Origin: an uncultured delta proteobacterium
GTDB taxonomy: Bacteria > Desulfobacterota > Desulfobacteria > Desulfobacterales > JAFDCJ01
Assembly (NCBI GenBank): GCA_963769935.1
Contig: CAVYNY010000036.1
Span: 1-64,000 of the forward strand
Reading direction: 5' to 3'
DNA: 64,000 nucleotides
Positions 11,510 through 23,448 of this stretch are shown piece after piece (the first letter of the stretch is position 1; each line of letters starts with the position of its first letter). The notes below the pieces were generated by a model that saw only the letters and a program-made list of their open reading frames with translations, ran no database searches and was not told where the DNA came from. The position numbers and the translations under genes are program-made.

Positions 11510-12586
11510 TCACTTCTTGATAGGTTCGATTATACGCTGATAACTGGATTCATAAATGTCGGATAAAGTCAAAAATGCGGTTACCACAAGCGGGCCATAG
11601 ATAATGCCCAGAATTCCGAACAGTTTCAACCCGCCGATAATGGCAAGAAATACCAGCAGCGTGTGCATTTTAATGCGCTGTCCCACCAGTTTAGGCTTAA
11701 AAAAGTATTCGATTCCGCCGGAAAGCACGGCATAAAAAACCACAAAAAAGATTCCGGTCCCGATCCGGCCCTGCAGAAAGAGGTAAATCGCCGCCGGCAG
11801 GAACACCGCACCGATGCCGACAATCGGTAAAAACGCCAGCAATGCCATGATCACTCCCCAAAGAAAAGGAGATTGAAACCCGCAAATTGCAAAAACGGCT
11901 CCGCCCAGCGTCCCCTGAATTAATCCGCCCAATCCGTTTCCCACGAGTATGGCGCCGGCCATATCCTTGAACTTTTGAAACAGTTTTTCATCCTGATCAT
12001 TCGGCAGGGGCGAAAGCCTGACGATAAAAGCCACTAGTCGCTGGCTGTCGATGAGCAGGTAAAAGATAATCAAAAGCATGAAGAAAAAATCTACCACAAA
12101 GTTAAAGATGTTGGCCGTCATGGATCGCGCCTGCTCATACAGGTAAAGACCGACGGCCCGGCCGAGCTCGGCGATCGCCCTGTTGGCTTCATCGCCGGTG
12201 ATCGTAATGCCGAAATTTGCAAGGATGTCGTTGATGCGCTCTACAATTTTACTGTTTTCAATCAGTTCCTTAAACGGATTGCTCAACAGCGCCCCTTTGG
12301 CCCCCAGATACATATCATAGGCCTCATTGGCCAAAATACCGACAAAAGCAGATACCGGAATGAAAAGAACAAAAAATATAATCACACAGGTTATCAGCGA
12401 GGAAATGATGGGGCTGAATTTTCGATTCAAAAACCGGTAGACCGGATTAAAGATGCCGGTGATAACCGACGCCAGAATAATTACGGATAAAAACGGCCAA
12501 AGCAGCCATCCCAGCAGAAAGCATGATACCAGAAACAAGGCCAGGAAAAACCACAGTATAATGTCTCGCGGTGATGAATCGCTCAA
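11510..12586 (-). CDS. AI-2E (PerM) family transporter
   Basis: Multi-TM protein with [28 protein letters not shown] signatures. Confidence 0.88.
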   Translation of the reverse strand: MSDSSPRDIILWFFLALFLVSCFLLGWLLWPFLSVIILASVITGIFNPVYRFLNRKFSPIISSLITCVIIFFVLFIPVSAFVGILANEAYDMYLGAKGALLSNPFKELIENSKIVERINDILANFGITITGDEANRAIAELGRAVGLYLYEQARSMTANIFNFVVDFFFMLLIIFYLLIDSQRLVAFIVRLSPLPNDQDEKLFQKFKDMAGAILVGNGLGGLIQGTLGGAVFAICGFQSPFLWGVIMALLAFLPIVGIGAVFLPAAIYLFLQGRIGTGIFFVVFYAVLSGGIEYFFKPKLVGQRIKMHTLLVFLAIIGGLKLFGILGIIYGPLVVTAFLTLSDIYESSYQRIIEPIKK

Positions 12587-12651
12587 AATACCTCCGACGT
12601 CAAAGGCGCCTGACTGAATGGGATAGAAGCGATTTATTTTTCCTTGTACCT

Positions 12652-12703
12652 AAAAAAAGCCACGGCACAATAAACCGCTGAGCAGTGGGTTTCGGACCGT
12701 GGC
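12652..12703 (-). terminator. Rho-independent terminator
   Basis: Minus strand GCCACGG...CCGTGGC followed by T7. Confidence 0.7.
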
Positions 12704-12721
12704 CATGAACTGGAATTGGAT

Positions 12722-12880
12722 TTATTTGCTGAAAAAAACTCCGGCTATCAACAAAAGAATGGTTTCGTAAATAAACACCGACAGATAATTCCCATCAAAA
12801 ATGCTGTAGGTTATACCGCCTCCGATAATTCCCGGCACAGCAAAAAATACCAGAATGCCCAATTTTCGACTGATGCTCAT
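12722..12880 (-). CDS. 52-aa two-TM membrane protein (missed by the ORF track)
   Basis: GGAGGAGGT RBS; MSISRKLGILVFFAVPGIIGGGITYSIFDGNYLSVFIYETILLLIAGVFFSK; followed by a terminator. Confidence 0.7.
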   Translation of the reverse strand: MSISRKLGILVFFAVPGIIGGGITYSIFDGNYLSVFIYETILLLIAGVFFSK

Positions 12881-13268
12881 CCTCGTTTACCTCCTCCCTC
12901 AATCGCCATCACATGATTCCCGGCCCAGCAAATGGAATGATTGTGATGCCATAGCCGAATCCGTATAAATCTGAAATATTATTAGCAATAATCACAAATT
13001 TAGTAAAGGAAAAAAATGAATAAAAAGGAGGTTCCCGGTTCGGCGTTCAGGGTTCAGGGTTGAAGGATTAAATCCTAAAAAAATGGTTCCTCGTTCAACA
13101 TTCGGGGTTGAATGATTGGAATATTTAGAACCAAATAACGCAACATTTCTTTACCCAAAGCGCCGTCCCGCTCGTATGACACTACATCACCCGGACCCAA
13201 CAGCAAACCTCAGAACAACAGAACCCTAAACCTCCAAACCCTGAACCGCTGAACCCTGAACCTCCGAT

Positions 13269-14555
13269 TTAACGTTCCACAATCATCGCCATCCCCATGC
13301 CGCCGCCGATGCACATGCTTATCAGGCCGGTATTGTAGCCTTTGCGCATCATATTGTTCATTGCGGTAACCATCTGGCGGGCGCCGGTGCAGCCAATGGG
13401 ATGTCCAAGCGAAATGCCGCTGCCGAGTTCGTTGGGACGATCATTTTGGATGCCGAGTTCCCGCATGCAACCGATGGCCTGGGCGGCGAAGGCCTCATTA
13501 AGCTCGATGGTATCGATGTCGCTTAGCTTCATGCCGGCTGTTTTGAGCACTTTCCTGATGGCCGGCACCGGCCCCAATCCCATGTAGGCGGGGTCGACGC
13601 CGCCGGCGGCGAACGCCTTAATTTTGACGATCGGCTCCAATCCCAGTTCGCCGGCTTTGTCGGCGCTCATTAATAAAACCGCAGCGGCGGCGTCATTGAT
13701 TCCCGAGGCATTGCCGGCGGTAACCGTTCCGTCTTTCGTAAAAGCCGGTCTTAATTTGGCCATCTTTTCCATGTCCGTGTCCATGGGCCGCTCATCCGTA
13801 TTAAAGACAGTATCACCCCTGCGGGTCTTGATAACCACCGGCGCAATCTCCCTGGCAAAGAGACCCTCCTGCATGGCTGATCTGGCCCGTGTATGGCTCA
13901 AAACGCCCAGTTCGTCTTGTTCCCGGCGGCTGATTTGGTACAGCGCGGCAATATTTTCAGCCGTAACACCCATATGATAACCATAAAAAATTTCATAAAG
14001 TCCATCAAATACCATCAAATCATGGATCTCTCCGATACCGGTCAGCTCCATCCGGTGTCCCCAACGCGCCTTTAATAAAGCCATGGGCACCTGGCTCATA
14101 TTTTCCTGTCCGCCGGCCAGGACCACGTCGGCAGATCCGATCATGATGGCAGAGGCTCCAAGAGCAATGGCTTTAAGGCCCGAACCACACACCTTGTTGA
14201 TGGTGAAAGCGGGGGTTTCCTTGGGAATTCCGCCGCTGATCATAGCCTGTCGGGCAGGATTCTGCCCCTGGCCGGCCTGAAGCACATTGCCCATGATCAC
14301 CTCGTCAATGGCAACCTCAACCGCATCGTCACTCCAATCGTAGGATTTTTTTTCAAGATCCGTAAGCCCCTGATCTTTGAGTTTATCCGGTGCAGCTTCC
14401 ATCATAGCCGTGCCGGCAACAGGTTTTAAATTAGCCCGTTTCAAGGCATCCTTCATTACAACAGCACCCAGCTCGACTACCGGTACGTCCTTAAGGCCGC
14501 CGCCGAAGTTGCCGATGGCCGTCCGTGATCCACTAACAACAACAACATCTCGCAT
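13269..14555 (-). CDS. Acetyl-CoA C-acetyltransferase (thiolase)
   Basis: NKVCGSG, NEAFA, GHPIG and MCIGGGMG catalytic motifs. Confidence 0.95.
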   Translation of the reverse strand: MRDVVVVSGSRTAIGNFGGGLKDVPVVELGAVVMKDALKRANLKPVAGTAMMEAAPDKLKDQGLTDLEKKSYDWSDDAVEVAIDEVIMGNVLQAGQGQNPARQAMISGGIPKETPAFTINKVCGSGLKAIALGASAIMIGSADVVLAGGQENMSQVPMALLKARWGHRMELTGIGEIHDLMVFDGLYEIFYGYHMGVTAENIAALYQISRREQDELGVLSHTRARSAMQEGLFAREIAPVVIKTRRGDTVFNTDERPMDTDMEKMAKLRPAFTKDGTVTAGNASGINDAAAAVLLMSADKAGELGLEPIVKIKAFAAGGVDPAYMGLGPVPAIRKVLKTAGMKLSDIDTIELNEAFAAQAIGCMRELGIQNDRPNELGSGISLGHPIGCTGARQMVTAMNNMMRKGYNTGLISMCIGGGMGMAMIVER

Positions 14556-14673
14556 GTGTCATACCTCCCGTGTGATATTTAATATGAATTGCAAAAGAGG
14601 AATTTTATAGCATAAAAGCGGGATCAAAACAATTTGGATTTTGGTGCTTGGAATTTTCGAAATTTTAGCAGAA

Positions 14674-16051
14674 TCAATCACTGTCTGGTTCTTTATTCTT
14701 TTGTATTAGATTCTTCTTTATAGCCCTCCATTTTTCCAGGCGCTCCTTGACGGTTTTTTCATATCCGCGGCCGGTGGGAGTGTAAAAGACCTGCCCTTTC
14801 AGCTTTTCCGGCAGGTAGTCCTGGACAATATAGGCATCTTTATAGTCATGGGCGTATTTATAATCTTTGCCGTAACCGAGCTCTTTCATCAGGCGGGTGG
14901 GCGCGTTGCGGATATGAAGCGGCACCGGCAGTGAACCGGCTGTTTTAACCGCCTGCTGCACCTTGCCGTAGGCAGCGTAAATACTGTTGCTCTTGGGGGC
15001 GGTTGCCAGATAGACCGTCGCCTGGGCCAGCGCCAAATCCCCTTCCGGATGACCGAGAAATTTAAAGGCCTCCATGGCATGCAGGGCCACGATCAGTGCC
15101 TGGGGATCTGCATTGCCGATATCTTCGGAAGCAAACCGCACCATTCGGCGGGCGATATAAAATGGGTCCTCACCGGCCGCCAGCATTCTTTCCAGCCAGT
15201 AAAGGGCGGCATCCGGGTCGCTGCCCCTCAGGCTTTTGTGAAAAGCCGAGATTATGTTGTAATGCTCTTCACCGGATTTGTCATATGCCAGGGCTTTCTT
15301 CTGCAGCGCACGCTCCAGGTCCTTGGAGGAGATGGATAAAGTTTGTCCTTCTTCAGGAGGATTCCTTGTTTTCACAACCAGCGACTGCGGCAATTTCAAG
15401 ACTGTTCAACGCTACCCGGCCATCGCCGTCGGCGATGCCGACCAGGTAATCAAGGGCCCTGGATTCCAACCCGAGATTTAAATTTCCAAGCCCCCTGTCC
15501 GGATCTTTTAACGCCGCGGTGATGATTGCGGCAATATCATCGGCGGTAAGCATCTGCAGCGCAATCACCCGGCAGCGGGACAGCAGGGGCGATATCACTT
15601 CAAAGGAGGGGTTTTCGGTGGTGGCACCGATCAAGGTGATCAGACCGCTTTCGACATGATGTAAAAAGGCATCCTGCTGGGCCTTGTTGAAGCGGTGAAT
15701 TTCATCCACAAACAGAATCGTTCGCCTGCGGTAAATCTTTTGCTGATTCTGAGCCTCGGCAATAACACCGCGGATTTCTTTGACGCCCGACAACACCGCC
15801 GAAAAGTGAACAAAATGGGAACGGGTTTCAGAGGCGATGATTCTGGCCAGGGTCGTTTTGCCGCAGCCCGGCGGCCCCCAGAGAATCATGGAAAAAATCC
15901 GATCCTGCTCGATGGCATTGCGGATTAAACTCCCCTCCCCTACCACGTGCTGCTGCCCGCTGAACTCGTTCAGGTTGCGCGGCCGCATCCGCTCTGCCAG
16001 GGGTCGAACGGCATCTGCCTCTTTCTGAGCGTGAAAGTCGAAAATGTCCAT
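14674..16051 (-). CDS. rarA: Replication-associated recombination protein A (one-base insertion near 15385)
   Basis: PLAERMRP, GPPGCGKTT, DEIHRFNKAQQD; MgsA C-terminal SAFHKSLRGSD in the next frame. Confidence 0.93.
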
Positions 16052-16086
16052 GGATCTAACCTCCGGTTAGATGAGCGCTGCGCTCA

Positions 16087-17415
16087 TTATTTCTTTTTTC
16101 GCCCTTCCCTCTGCCGCAAAATGAGCCTTATCGGTGTTTTGTTCAGACCGGTTTCTTGCCGCAAATGGTTAATCAGGTATCTTTGGTAGGAAAAGTGCAC
16201 GGCTTGCGGGTAGTTGACAAAGCACAGAATGGTGGGCGGTTTGGCGGATACCTGAACGGCATAGTAAAACTTGACACGTTTGCCGTGATGCAGAGACGGA
16301 ACATTTTTTTCAAGCGCCTGCTCAAAGATCCTGTTTAACTGACCTGTTCCGATACGGCGTTGATACTGATCATACACCTCGTCCACCAGTTCGAATATTT
16401 TGTTTATTCGCTGTCCGGTCAGCGCCGATATAGTCGCGGCCGGGGCAAATTTGAGAAATTTGGACTGGTCTCTCAGCCGTTGCTCATGCCGCACGGCAGT
16501 TCGACGGTCTTTGGGCACCAGGTCCCACTTGTTCAGCAGCAAAATACAACCGCACCCCCGTTCATAGGCATAGCCGGCAATGCTGATATCCTGGTCGGTA
16601 ACCCCCTCGTCGGCATCCATCACAATGAGGGCCACATCGCAGCGATCCAGGCTTTTCAAGGCCTTGATAATGGAAAATTTTTCAAGCTTCCGCGACACCT
16701 TGCCTTTCCGGCGGATCCCCGCGGTGTCGATAAGCAGGTAAGTTTTTCCGTTCAAGTTACAAACGGAATCGATTGCATCGCGGGTGGTGCCGGGAATATC
16801 ACTGACCAGCAGGCGTTTTTCACCCAGGATCCGGTTTATTAGGGATGATTTTCCCACATTTGGCCGTCCGACGACAGCCAGTTTGATCATTTCCCGCTCG
16901 CCTTCCCGGGACGATTCAACGGGCAGACCGGATAGAGATGCGACGACACCGTCAAGCAGATCGTTAAGACCATAGCGATGCTCGGCGGACAGTGGATAAA
17001 GATGGTCGATCCCCAGTTGGTAGAAATCCGAGAGCATCACCTCCTGCTCGGCACCGTCTATTTTATTGACCGCATAAAAAATCGGTTTGTCAACAGTGCG
17101 CAGGATTTCGATGACTTCCTGATCAAACGGTGAAACCCCCTCTTTCCCATCCAGCAGTACAATAATAACATCCGCATCGGCGATGGCCTGCTGGACCTGC
17201 AGGCGGATCTCGGCCGCCAAATCATCACCGGCGGTGTATCCGCCCGTATCGACCAGGGTAAATTCCACATCATCCCAGCTGGCATCCCCGTATTGGCGAT
17301 CCCGGGTAACCCCCGGAAAATCATCCACCAGGGCATCTTTGGTGCGCGTGATACGATTGAATAAAGTCGATTTGCCAACGTTGGGCCGTCCGACGACAGC
17401 GACAATGGGTTTCAT
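16087..17415 (-). CDS. der: Ribosome biogenesis GTPase Der
   Basis: Two tandem GTPase domains (GRPNVGKS twice, DTGG/DTAG, NKID/NKWD) and a KH-like tail. Confidence 0.97.
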   Translation of the reverse strand: MKPIVAVVGRPNVGKSTLFNRITRTKDALVDDFPGVTRDRQYGDASWDDVEFTLVDTGGYTAGDDLAAEIRLQVQQAIADADVIIVLLDGKEGVSPFDQEVIEILRTVDKPIFYAVNKIDGAEQEVMLSDFYQLGIDHLYPLSAEHRYGLNDLLDGVVASLSGLPVESSREGEREMIKLAVVGRPNVGKSSLINRILGEKRLLVSDIPGTTRDAIDSVCNLNGKTYLLIDTAGIRRKGKVSRKLEKFSIIKALKSLDRCDVALIVMDADEGVTDQDISIAGYAYERGCGCILLLNKWDLVPKDRRTAVRHEQRLRDQSKFLKFAPAATISALTGQRINKIFELVDEVYDQYQRRIGTGQLNRIFEQALEKNVPSLHHGKRVKFYYAVQVSAKPPTILCFVNYPQAVHFSYQRYLINHLRQETGLNKTPIRLILRQREGRKKK

Positions 17416-17677
17416 ATAACCAGCTGTTTAATCATTTATAGGTTGAGCGGTTTGCCGCCAGTGCAGGAAAAACAATTAATTTGGGCATAAATATCACACG
17501 GATTGAAACACTGTCAAATGCTGGAACGCGGATCGACAGCCGTTGGCTTAGGCCTTAGGAGCTTTGAATTTACAGATGGAATTTTGCTGCCCCCGATCAA
17601 TCCGTGCCCGGTCAGGTTGGATCCGGCAAAGATCGCCGAACTGACCGCTCTTGGAAAAAGCTTCGGCAAGTAAACTT

Positions 17678-18691
17678 TTATTGCATGTTATGACCGGAAG
17701 CAAATCCATCAAGTTCGTCCAGAAACTTTTGTTTCTCGGCGGCATTGAGAAAGGCGGCATTGAAGGCATTGCGGCAAAGCCTGCCAATGTCCGTGTAAGC
17801 CAATTGATGGGCTTGCTGCAGCGCTGAAAAGTTTTCTTCGATATAGCCGCCGAAATAAGCCGGGTCATCGGAGTTCACCGTTACGCACAACCCTGCATCC
17901 AGCAATTGTTTGAAATTATGTTGCTGAATGCTCTCAAAAACCCGGAGCTTAACATTCGACAACGGGCAAACGGTTAAGGCAATCTTTTTCTGTGCCAGAT
18001 ATTTCACCAGGTCCGCATCTTCCATACAGCGCACTCCGTGATCCAGACGCTCCACTCTCAAAATTTTCAGCGCCTGCCAGATATATTCCGGCGGACCTTC
18101 CTCGCCGGCGTGGGCCACGGCCCTGAATCCACTCTGTCTTGCCCGATCAAATACCTGTTTAAACTTTTGCGGCGGATTCCCCGTTTCGGCGGAATCCAGG
18201 CCGACTGCCGTAATCCAATCTTTGAAGGGCAACGCCGTCTCGAGGGTCTTCATCGCCTCGGCAGCGCTCAGATCCCTTAAAAAGCACATGATCAGCCTGG
18301 AAGACACGTTCAAATGCCGCCGGGCCTCCGTTAAGGCCCGGTGAATCCCCTGCACGACGGTCTCAAATTTAACCCCGCGTGCGGTGTGGGTTTGAGGATC
18401 AAAAAATATTTCCGCATGGCGTACATTCTGCTGCGCCGCTTTTCGAAGGTAGTTCCAGGTGAGCTGATAAAAATCATCTTCGTCACGCATCACCCGCGCC
18501 CCCTGATAATAGATGTCCAGAAAAGACTGCAGATCCTTAAAGTCATAAGCGCGGCGGACGTCGGCGGCCGATTCATAGGGGAGCGCAATTCCGTTTTTAT
18601 GTGCCAGCTTCAGCATCAAATCCGGTTCAAGTGAGCCTTCGATGTGGATATGCAATTCCGCCTTGGGAATGTCATGAATAAATGTCTGCAT
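17678..18691 (-). CDS. add: Adenosine/adenine deaminase
   Basis: PKAELHIHIEG, AHAGEE, RLDHG, NSDDPAYFG. Confidence 0.92.
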   Translation of the reverse strand: MQTFIHDIPKAELHIHIEGSLEPDLMLKLAHKNGIALPYESAADVRRAYDFKDLQSFLDIYYQGARVMRDEDDFYQLTWNYLRKAAQQNVRHAEIFFDPQTHTARGVKFETVVQGIHRALTEARRHLNVSSRLIMCFLRDLSAAEAMKTLETALPFKDWITAVGLDSAETGNPPQKFKQVFDRARQSGFRAVAHAGEEGPPEYIWQALKILRVERLDHGVRCMEDADLVKYLAQKKIALTVCPLSNVKLRVFESIQQHNFKQLLDAGLCVTVNSDDPAYFGGYIEENFSALQQAHQLAYTDIGRLCRNAFNAAFLNAAEKQKFLDELDGFASGHNMQ

Positions 18692-18875
18692 TTTTCAAGT
18701 AAAGAATTCTGGCCCAGAGGATCGGGTTTTCAATGCATAGAATAGACTTCTTCGGGATAGCTTAAGTCGACACGAGCCCCGGCCGGTGACTGAGAATCAA
18801 AGGAATATCTGCATGCCAAGCCGAGCGCCGATTATGCTGGAACGGGCATATTATTGATGATTTGACGCGGTATTG

Positions 18876-19661
18876 TCAAACTGTTTTTGGCGATGATTTG
18901 GGGCGGAACAGGGCATCCACGACATTGCGGACATACTGCTCATCCGAGATGCCGTCGGTGGCTTCAGAGGGAAAGATCACAACGGATTTAAAGTGGGATG
19001 CCAGGCTTTCAAAAAGTTCCATACGCGCCCCGGGTTCAATTTCGTCCCGCCGCACCAGCGCCTGCAGCGCAATCCGGGCTTCGGCGGGGGAGACATGCTG
19101 ACGCAGGCGGGCCTCCAGGTGCGGGAGTTTGCGAAACGAATTGTACTTTCCACCCAGCAGTTGATCCAGGTCGGGCTCTTCGATACGCGGATTCCAGATC
19201 ACGATGGTGTTGGCGGCAATATCCCCGAGACGCTGGGCGTGGCGGTTTATAAAACAGGCCAACCCGCCGACCAGATAAAGGGCCGGCAGGCTGTCCACAA
19301 AACGCAGCAGATTACGAATAACGACCTGACTGAATTGCAGATGCAATCCATGCACATCCGTCACTCGTAACCGAATAAGCCTTTTCCCCAGCGTCTGCCC
19401 ATGCCAGTACCATTCCAGTAAAATTCCATAACCTATGGAGACGACAAAATAGCCCAGAACGTTGGCGGCGGTGGCCAGATCCTGGCTGAGGATCCCGGCG
19501 GCACCGAAAACAATCTTGAGCAGCTTGTTTATTGCCAGAATCGCCAGAAGATCTACCGACCAGGCTAAAAACCGTGAAATCGGTCCGGCCAGCAGGAGGG
19601 AAAATTCGATGCCCTCCGGCGTCCTGATGGTTAGTGAATTTATTTTGGATCGAGGGTTCAC
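18876..19661 (-). CDS. RDD family membrane protein
   Basis: TPEG..LAG..SRFLAWSVD, GQTLGKR, QRLGDIAANT. Confidence 0.9.
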   Translation of the reverse strand: MNPRSKINSLTIRTPEGIEFSLLLAGPISRFLAWSVDLLAILAINKLLKIVFGAAGILSQDLATAANVLGYFVVSIGYGILLEWYWHGQTLGKRLIRLRVTDVHGLHLQFSQVVIRNLLRFVDSLPALYLVGGLACFINRHAQRLGDIAANTIVIWNPRIEEPDLDQLLGGKYNSFRKLPHLEARLRQHVSPAEARIALQALVRRDEIEPGARMELFESLASHFKSVVIFPSEATDGISDEQYVRNVVDALFRPKSSPKTV

Positions 19662-19738
19662 AGGTTCACGGTTCTGCGTTCCGGGTTATTTTTATTGCGT
19701 TGTCTTTTATCATACCAAAAGGTTTCAGGTGTCGGGTT

Positions 19739-20834
19739 TCAAGTGTCAGTCCAGCCGCTGCCCGGTGATGCGGTCAGCGAGCTGGGCTCAACTTTGAACC
19801 ACCTAACCTTCAGCCGTGTGCCTTGAGCCCTGCGCCTGGAGCTTCCAGCTCCTTTCCCTGCTCGTGCCAGAAACAGCACCAGCAGCATCAGCTCGAACAC
19901 CCCAAATCCGATCTTCACCGCGTAGGGTATTACCGGCTTGTGATATTGGGAAAAGAAAGCCTCAATGATGCCGGCCCAGGTTAACATGATGGCAATTCCG
20001 AATATCAGGGTAACCAGATCCCCGCCTATTTTTCTGAGTCTTATCTTCAATGAAATGGGCTGGCCCCATCCGATCAGGGCTCCGGCCAATACGAGACCGG
20101 CCTGACCGGCTAAAATAATCGCCGGGATTTCGACGGCCCCATGGGGCAGCAGCCATCCCAGCAAAAACGGCGTTTCTCCCGCCAGCACGTAATCCACCGC
20201 CACCGCCCCTAGTATGACGCCGTTGTAAAAAAGCATGATCAGGGTGCCGATACCCCAGGTCATGCCCAGTGCCAGGGTAAAAATAGAGACCTTGATATTA
20301 TGGGTCATCAAATAGGATGAAAAAGAGGATTTGGACCCCGCCAGCCGGTCATTTTCGGCGGCCTCTTCCTGCCCGACCCGATCGGACGGGTTGCCGAGCA
20401 GGTGCGAAAACGGCAGCAGAACCTGTTTGGCGGCCGGGTCCGTGACGACCACAAATCCGCCGAAGACGCCGCCCACCAGCAAGACCGCCAGACAGATCCA
20501 GAAGGCCTGAATGTGGCGGCGAAAAGTCTGCGGGAAGGTTGAGAAAAACCAGTGCAGGGGTGCCAGACGATAAGGCTTTTCCCGTGTTTCGTGGATTTCA
20601 CCAAAAGCCCTGGCCACAAGTGATTCAAGATAACCGCGGGTATTCGGCTCTGCCGAGAAAGTCTTGAATTTTGGCCAGATCGGCCGAAGCCCTCTGGTAA
20701 AGGTAGTGAAATCGTTCCAGCTGCGACAGGCTCAACTTGAGTTCCGGCCGCTTCTCGACTTTGTCCAAAACCTGCTCAAGTTCACGCCAGTACGGCCTTT
20801 CCCCGGCAATAAATTTTTGTAAATTGATGATCAT
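19739..20834 (-). CDS. SpoIIM/DUF95 family membrane protein (one-base insertion near 20670)
   Basis: N-terminal W.ELE..LY..ASADLA; THNIKVS, YNGVILG, LPHGAVEIPAI, AGIIEAF. Confidence 0.85.
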
Positions 20835-20869
20835 ATCAAATAAAGGTTCTAAGGTTCAGGGTAGATAAC

Positions 20870-22240
20870 CTAAAGCACCTGCCTCCTCTTAACCGTCAAA
20901 TACTGAGAAACCAGGTCCGTACACAGGTTCTCATTTTGCAGCAGATAAAATCTGATTCCGTGGCGCTGAAGAAATTTTTGAGTCTCGCGCAGATGCCGCC
21001 ATACAAGGTGGCCGCCCAGCTTTTGATATATGCCGTCAAGCGAGTTGACCACCGCATCTGAAAATAGCGGTTCGGCACCGACCGGCTTTACCATGTTAAC
21101 TAAAACCAGATGCTTGCGGCTGATGATATCGATGTTGGCAGTAAAATTTTCTGCCAGAACGGGGTCATCCAGATTGGTCAGAAAAATCAGCAGGGCGCGC
21201 CTTCTGATTCTGGAAGCGATAAATGTAAACACCTCGGTAAAATCCGGCGATGCACTTTGCGCCTGGAGGGTATAGAGGACATCCCGGCATACATCATAAT
21301 GCGCGCGGCCGTTTTTAGCCCGCACAAATTTCCGCACCCGATCATCAAATGTCAGCAGCCCGAAGACATCCCCCTGGCGGTCGGCGGCAAGCCCCATAAC
21401 AAGCGCGGCCGTCGTAAAGCGTTCCATAATGGTGCTATAGCCCGCACTTTTATTTTGTCCGTCGGTTGAAGCATTGTCCCCCAGCGGGTCCGAATTTCTG
21501 GCGCTCAAGCGTGAGCTGTCGATGATGACATAAATCTGCTGGGTGCGTTCGAGTTGATAAACCTTGGTAATCGGCTGGCCGCGTCGGGCGGTTGCTTTCC
21601 AGTGGATATCTTCATAACTGTCGCCCGGAAGATATTCCCTTAACTGTTCGAATTCCTTTCCTTTGCCTACCTGCCGCTGGGCATGGATGCCGATGCCCCG
21701 GTTCAGAAACAGGCCGGTTAATTTTTTGCGTTCTCTTAAAACATCAGGGTAGACCCGAATTTCAGAACGAACGGTCTCGGTTCGACGCACGGACCAAAAT
21801 CCCAGCCGGGAAGGCGTTTCCAGGTAACAATCGTTTATCCGATACAATCCTTGTTTTAAGCCTTTAAAGGGCCATTCAACTACAGAATTCCCGGCCGCGG
21901 CCGGCAAATCGGTGCGCAAATCGGGGTGCCAAGAATAAATCTCCGGGGGGAACGCGAGGCCAAGCCTGATTTGTCTGACGGTTACAGCAGGATTTTCAAC
22001 TGACAGGGGCATCCGGCCATCACGACCCACCGAAAGCCGCACGACCTCCGGCAGGCTTACCCGGATGCCCGCCAGTCGGTGTCGTGAAGCCGCGGCGTCA
22101 GCCGCCGCAATTACCACCAGCAAAGCCGCCAGTCCAATCCCAGCACCGGAAGCCGGCGGCACCATCGCGGCCATCACGGAAACAGGCAGCAAAACAAGGG
22201 CCGCCACGATGATAAGTTTTGTGCTGGGAACAAGTTTCAT
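20870..22240 (-). CDS. DUF58 (vWA-like) protein with N-terminal TM segments
   Basis: GKEFEQLREYLPGDSYEDIHWKATAR; IDSSRLS MIDAS-like motif. Confidence 0.9.
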   Translation of the reverse strand: MKLVPSTKLIIVAALVLLPVSVMAAMVPPASGAGIGLAALLVVIAAADAAASRHRLAGIRVSLPEVVRLSVGRDGRMPLSVENPAVTVRQIRLGLAFPPEIYSWHPDLRTDLPAAAGNSVVEWPFKGLKQGLYRINDCYLETPSRLGFWSVRRTETVRSEIRVYPDVLRERKKLTGLFLNRGIGIHAQRQVGKGKEFEQLREYLPGDSYEDIHWKATARRGQPITKVYQLERTQQIYVIIDSSRLSARNSDPLGDNASTDGQNKSAGYSTIMERFTTAALVMGLAADRQGDVFGLLTFDDRVRKFVRAKNGRAHYDVCRDVLYTLQAQSASPDFTEVFTFIASRIRRRALLIFLTNLDDPVLAENFTANIDIISRKHLVLVNMVKPVGAEPLFSDAVVNSLDGIYQKLGGHLVWRHLRETQKFLQRHGIRFYLLQNENLCTDLVSQYLTVKRRQVL

Positions 22241-22253
22241 GGGTGTGGATGGT

Positions 22254-22477
22254 TCAGTTCGTTATGATCGTTGAGATCGTTTTGTTCGTTTAGTTCGTTA
22301 GGATCGTTCACTGAAAGTGCCTTCCCTTAAATCACAGATCGCTTTTTTTTACGCTAGCGCTATGCTCTCTGCCTAATGCCCCCCATGCAACCCGCAGACC
22401 GTAGCCCCCATCCCGCAGCCCGCAACCCGCACCTCGCAACCCGCATCCCGCAACCCGCATCCCGCAACCCGCAACCC
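22254..22477. repeat. 9-bp and 7-bp tandem arrays
   Basis: gttcgttat gatcgttga gatcgtttt...; (cgcaacc/cgcatcc)n. Confidence 0.8.
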
Positions 22478-22482
22478 GTCTT

Positions 22483-23448
22483 TTACCTGGGCACCGCAAT
22501 CTCCCTTAAAATCTCCTCGATCACTTCTTTGACCGTCAGACCTTCAATCTCAAACTCCGGCCGCAGGATGAGGCGATGTTCCAGTACTGCCGGGGCCATG
22601 GTTTTGATGTCATCCGGAGTGATGAAATCGCGCCCGTTTATGGCGGCATACGTGCGGGCAGCCAGAATCAACGCCTGGGTGGCCCGCGGGCCGGCTCCCA
22701 CCAGCACGCTGGAATGCTGCCGGGTCCGGCGCACAATATCAACAATATAGGCGGAGAGCTCGTCTTTCACCAGGATGTCTTCCAGGGACTCGCGCAGTTT
22801 GGCCAAAATATCAGGGGTTATTATCTGTTTGATCCGGCCGCTTGCCAGCACGCTTTCCGGCGAGTCCTTGCCCAGCATGCGCCTGGCCAGGGCCAATTCT
22901 TCCTCCCGGGCAGGATGGTCCATTGAAATTTTAAGCATGAAACGATCCTTTTGGGCTTCGGGCAGGGGATAGGTGCCCTCATATTCGATCGGGTTCTGGG
23001 TGGCAAAAACGGTAAAATTCGGCGACAGCTTATGGGTTTTGCGATCGATTGTCACCGTTCTCTCCTGCATGGCCTGCAGCAGAGCGGACTGGGTCTTGGC
23101 CGGGGCGCGGTTGATTTCATCGGCCAGCAAAAAGGTAGTAAACACCGGCCCTTTCACGAGCGAGAACACATCTTTTTGCAGATTAAATACGTGGGTTCCC
23201 GTGATGTCGGTGGGCATCAAATCCGGGGTGAATTGAATTCTGGCAAAATCACAGCGCATGACATGCGCCAGGGTTCGAACCAGCAATGTCTTGGCCACGC
23301 CGGGAACACCCTCGACCAAAGCATGGTTGCCGGAAAAAATGGCGATCAACGCCTGGTCCACGACCGGCTCCTGGCCGATAATGACTTTAGCGACTTCCTG
23401 TTTGGTGAGCAGCAGTGCTTTCTTCAACATTTCCGTTTTTCCACTCAT
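22483..23448 (-). CDS. MoxR family AAA+ ATPase
   Basis: EGVPGVAKT, RIQFTPDLMPTD, LADEINRAPAKTQSALL, ATQNPIEYEGTYPLPEAQKDRF. Confidence 0.96.
   Translation of the reverse strand: MSGKTEMLKKALLLTKQEVAKVIIGQEPVVDQALIAIFSGNHALVEGVPGVAKTLLVRTLAHVMRCDFARIQFTPDLMPTDITGTHVFNLQKDVFSLVKGPVFTTFLLADEINRAPAKTQSALLQAMQERTVTIDRKTHKLSPNFTVFATQNPIEYEGTYPLPEAQKDRFMLKISMDHPAREEELALARRMLGKDSPESVLASGRIKQIITPDILAKLRESLEDILVKDELSAYIVDIVRRTRQHSSVLVGAGPRATQALILAARTYAAINGRDFITPDDIKTMAPAVLEHRLILRPEFEIEGLTVKEVIEEILREIAVPR

Noticed and set aside
18692..18875. Purine riboswitch or sigma54 promoter before the deaminase
   Set aside because: No purine aptamer core; TGGCAT is not followed by TTGC at the right spacing
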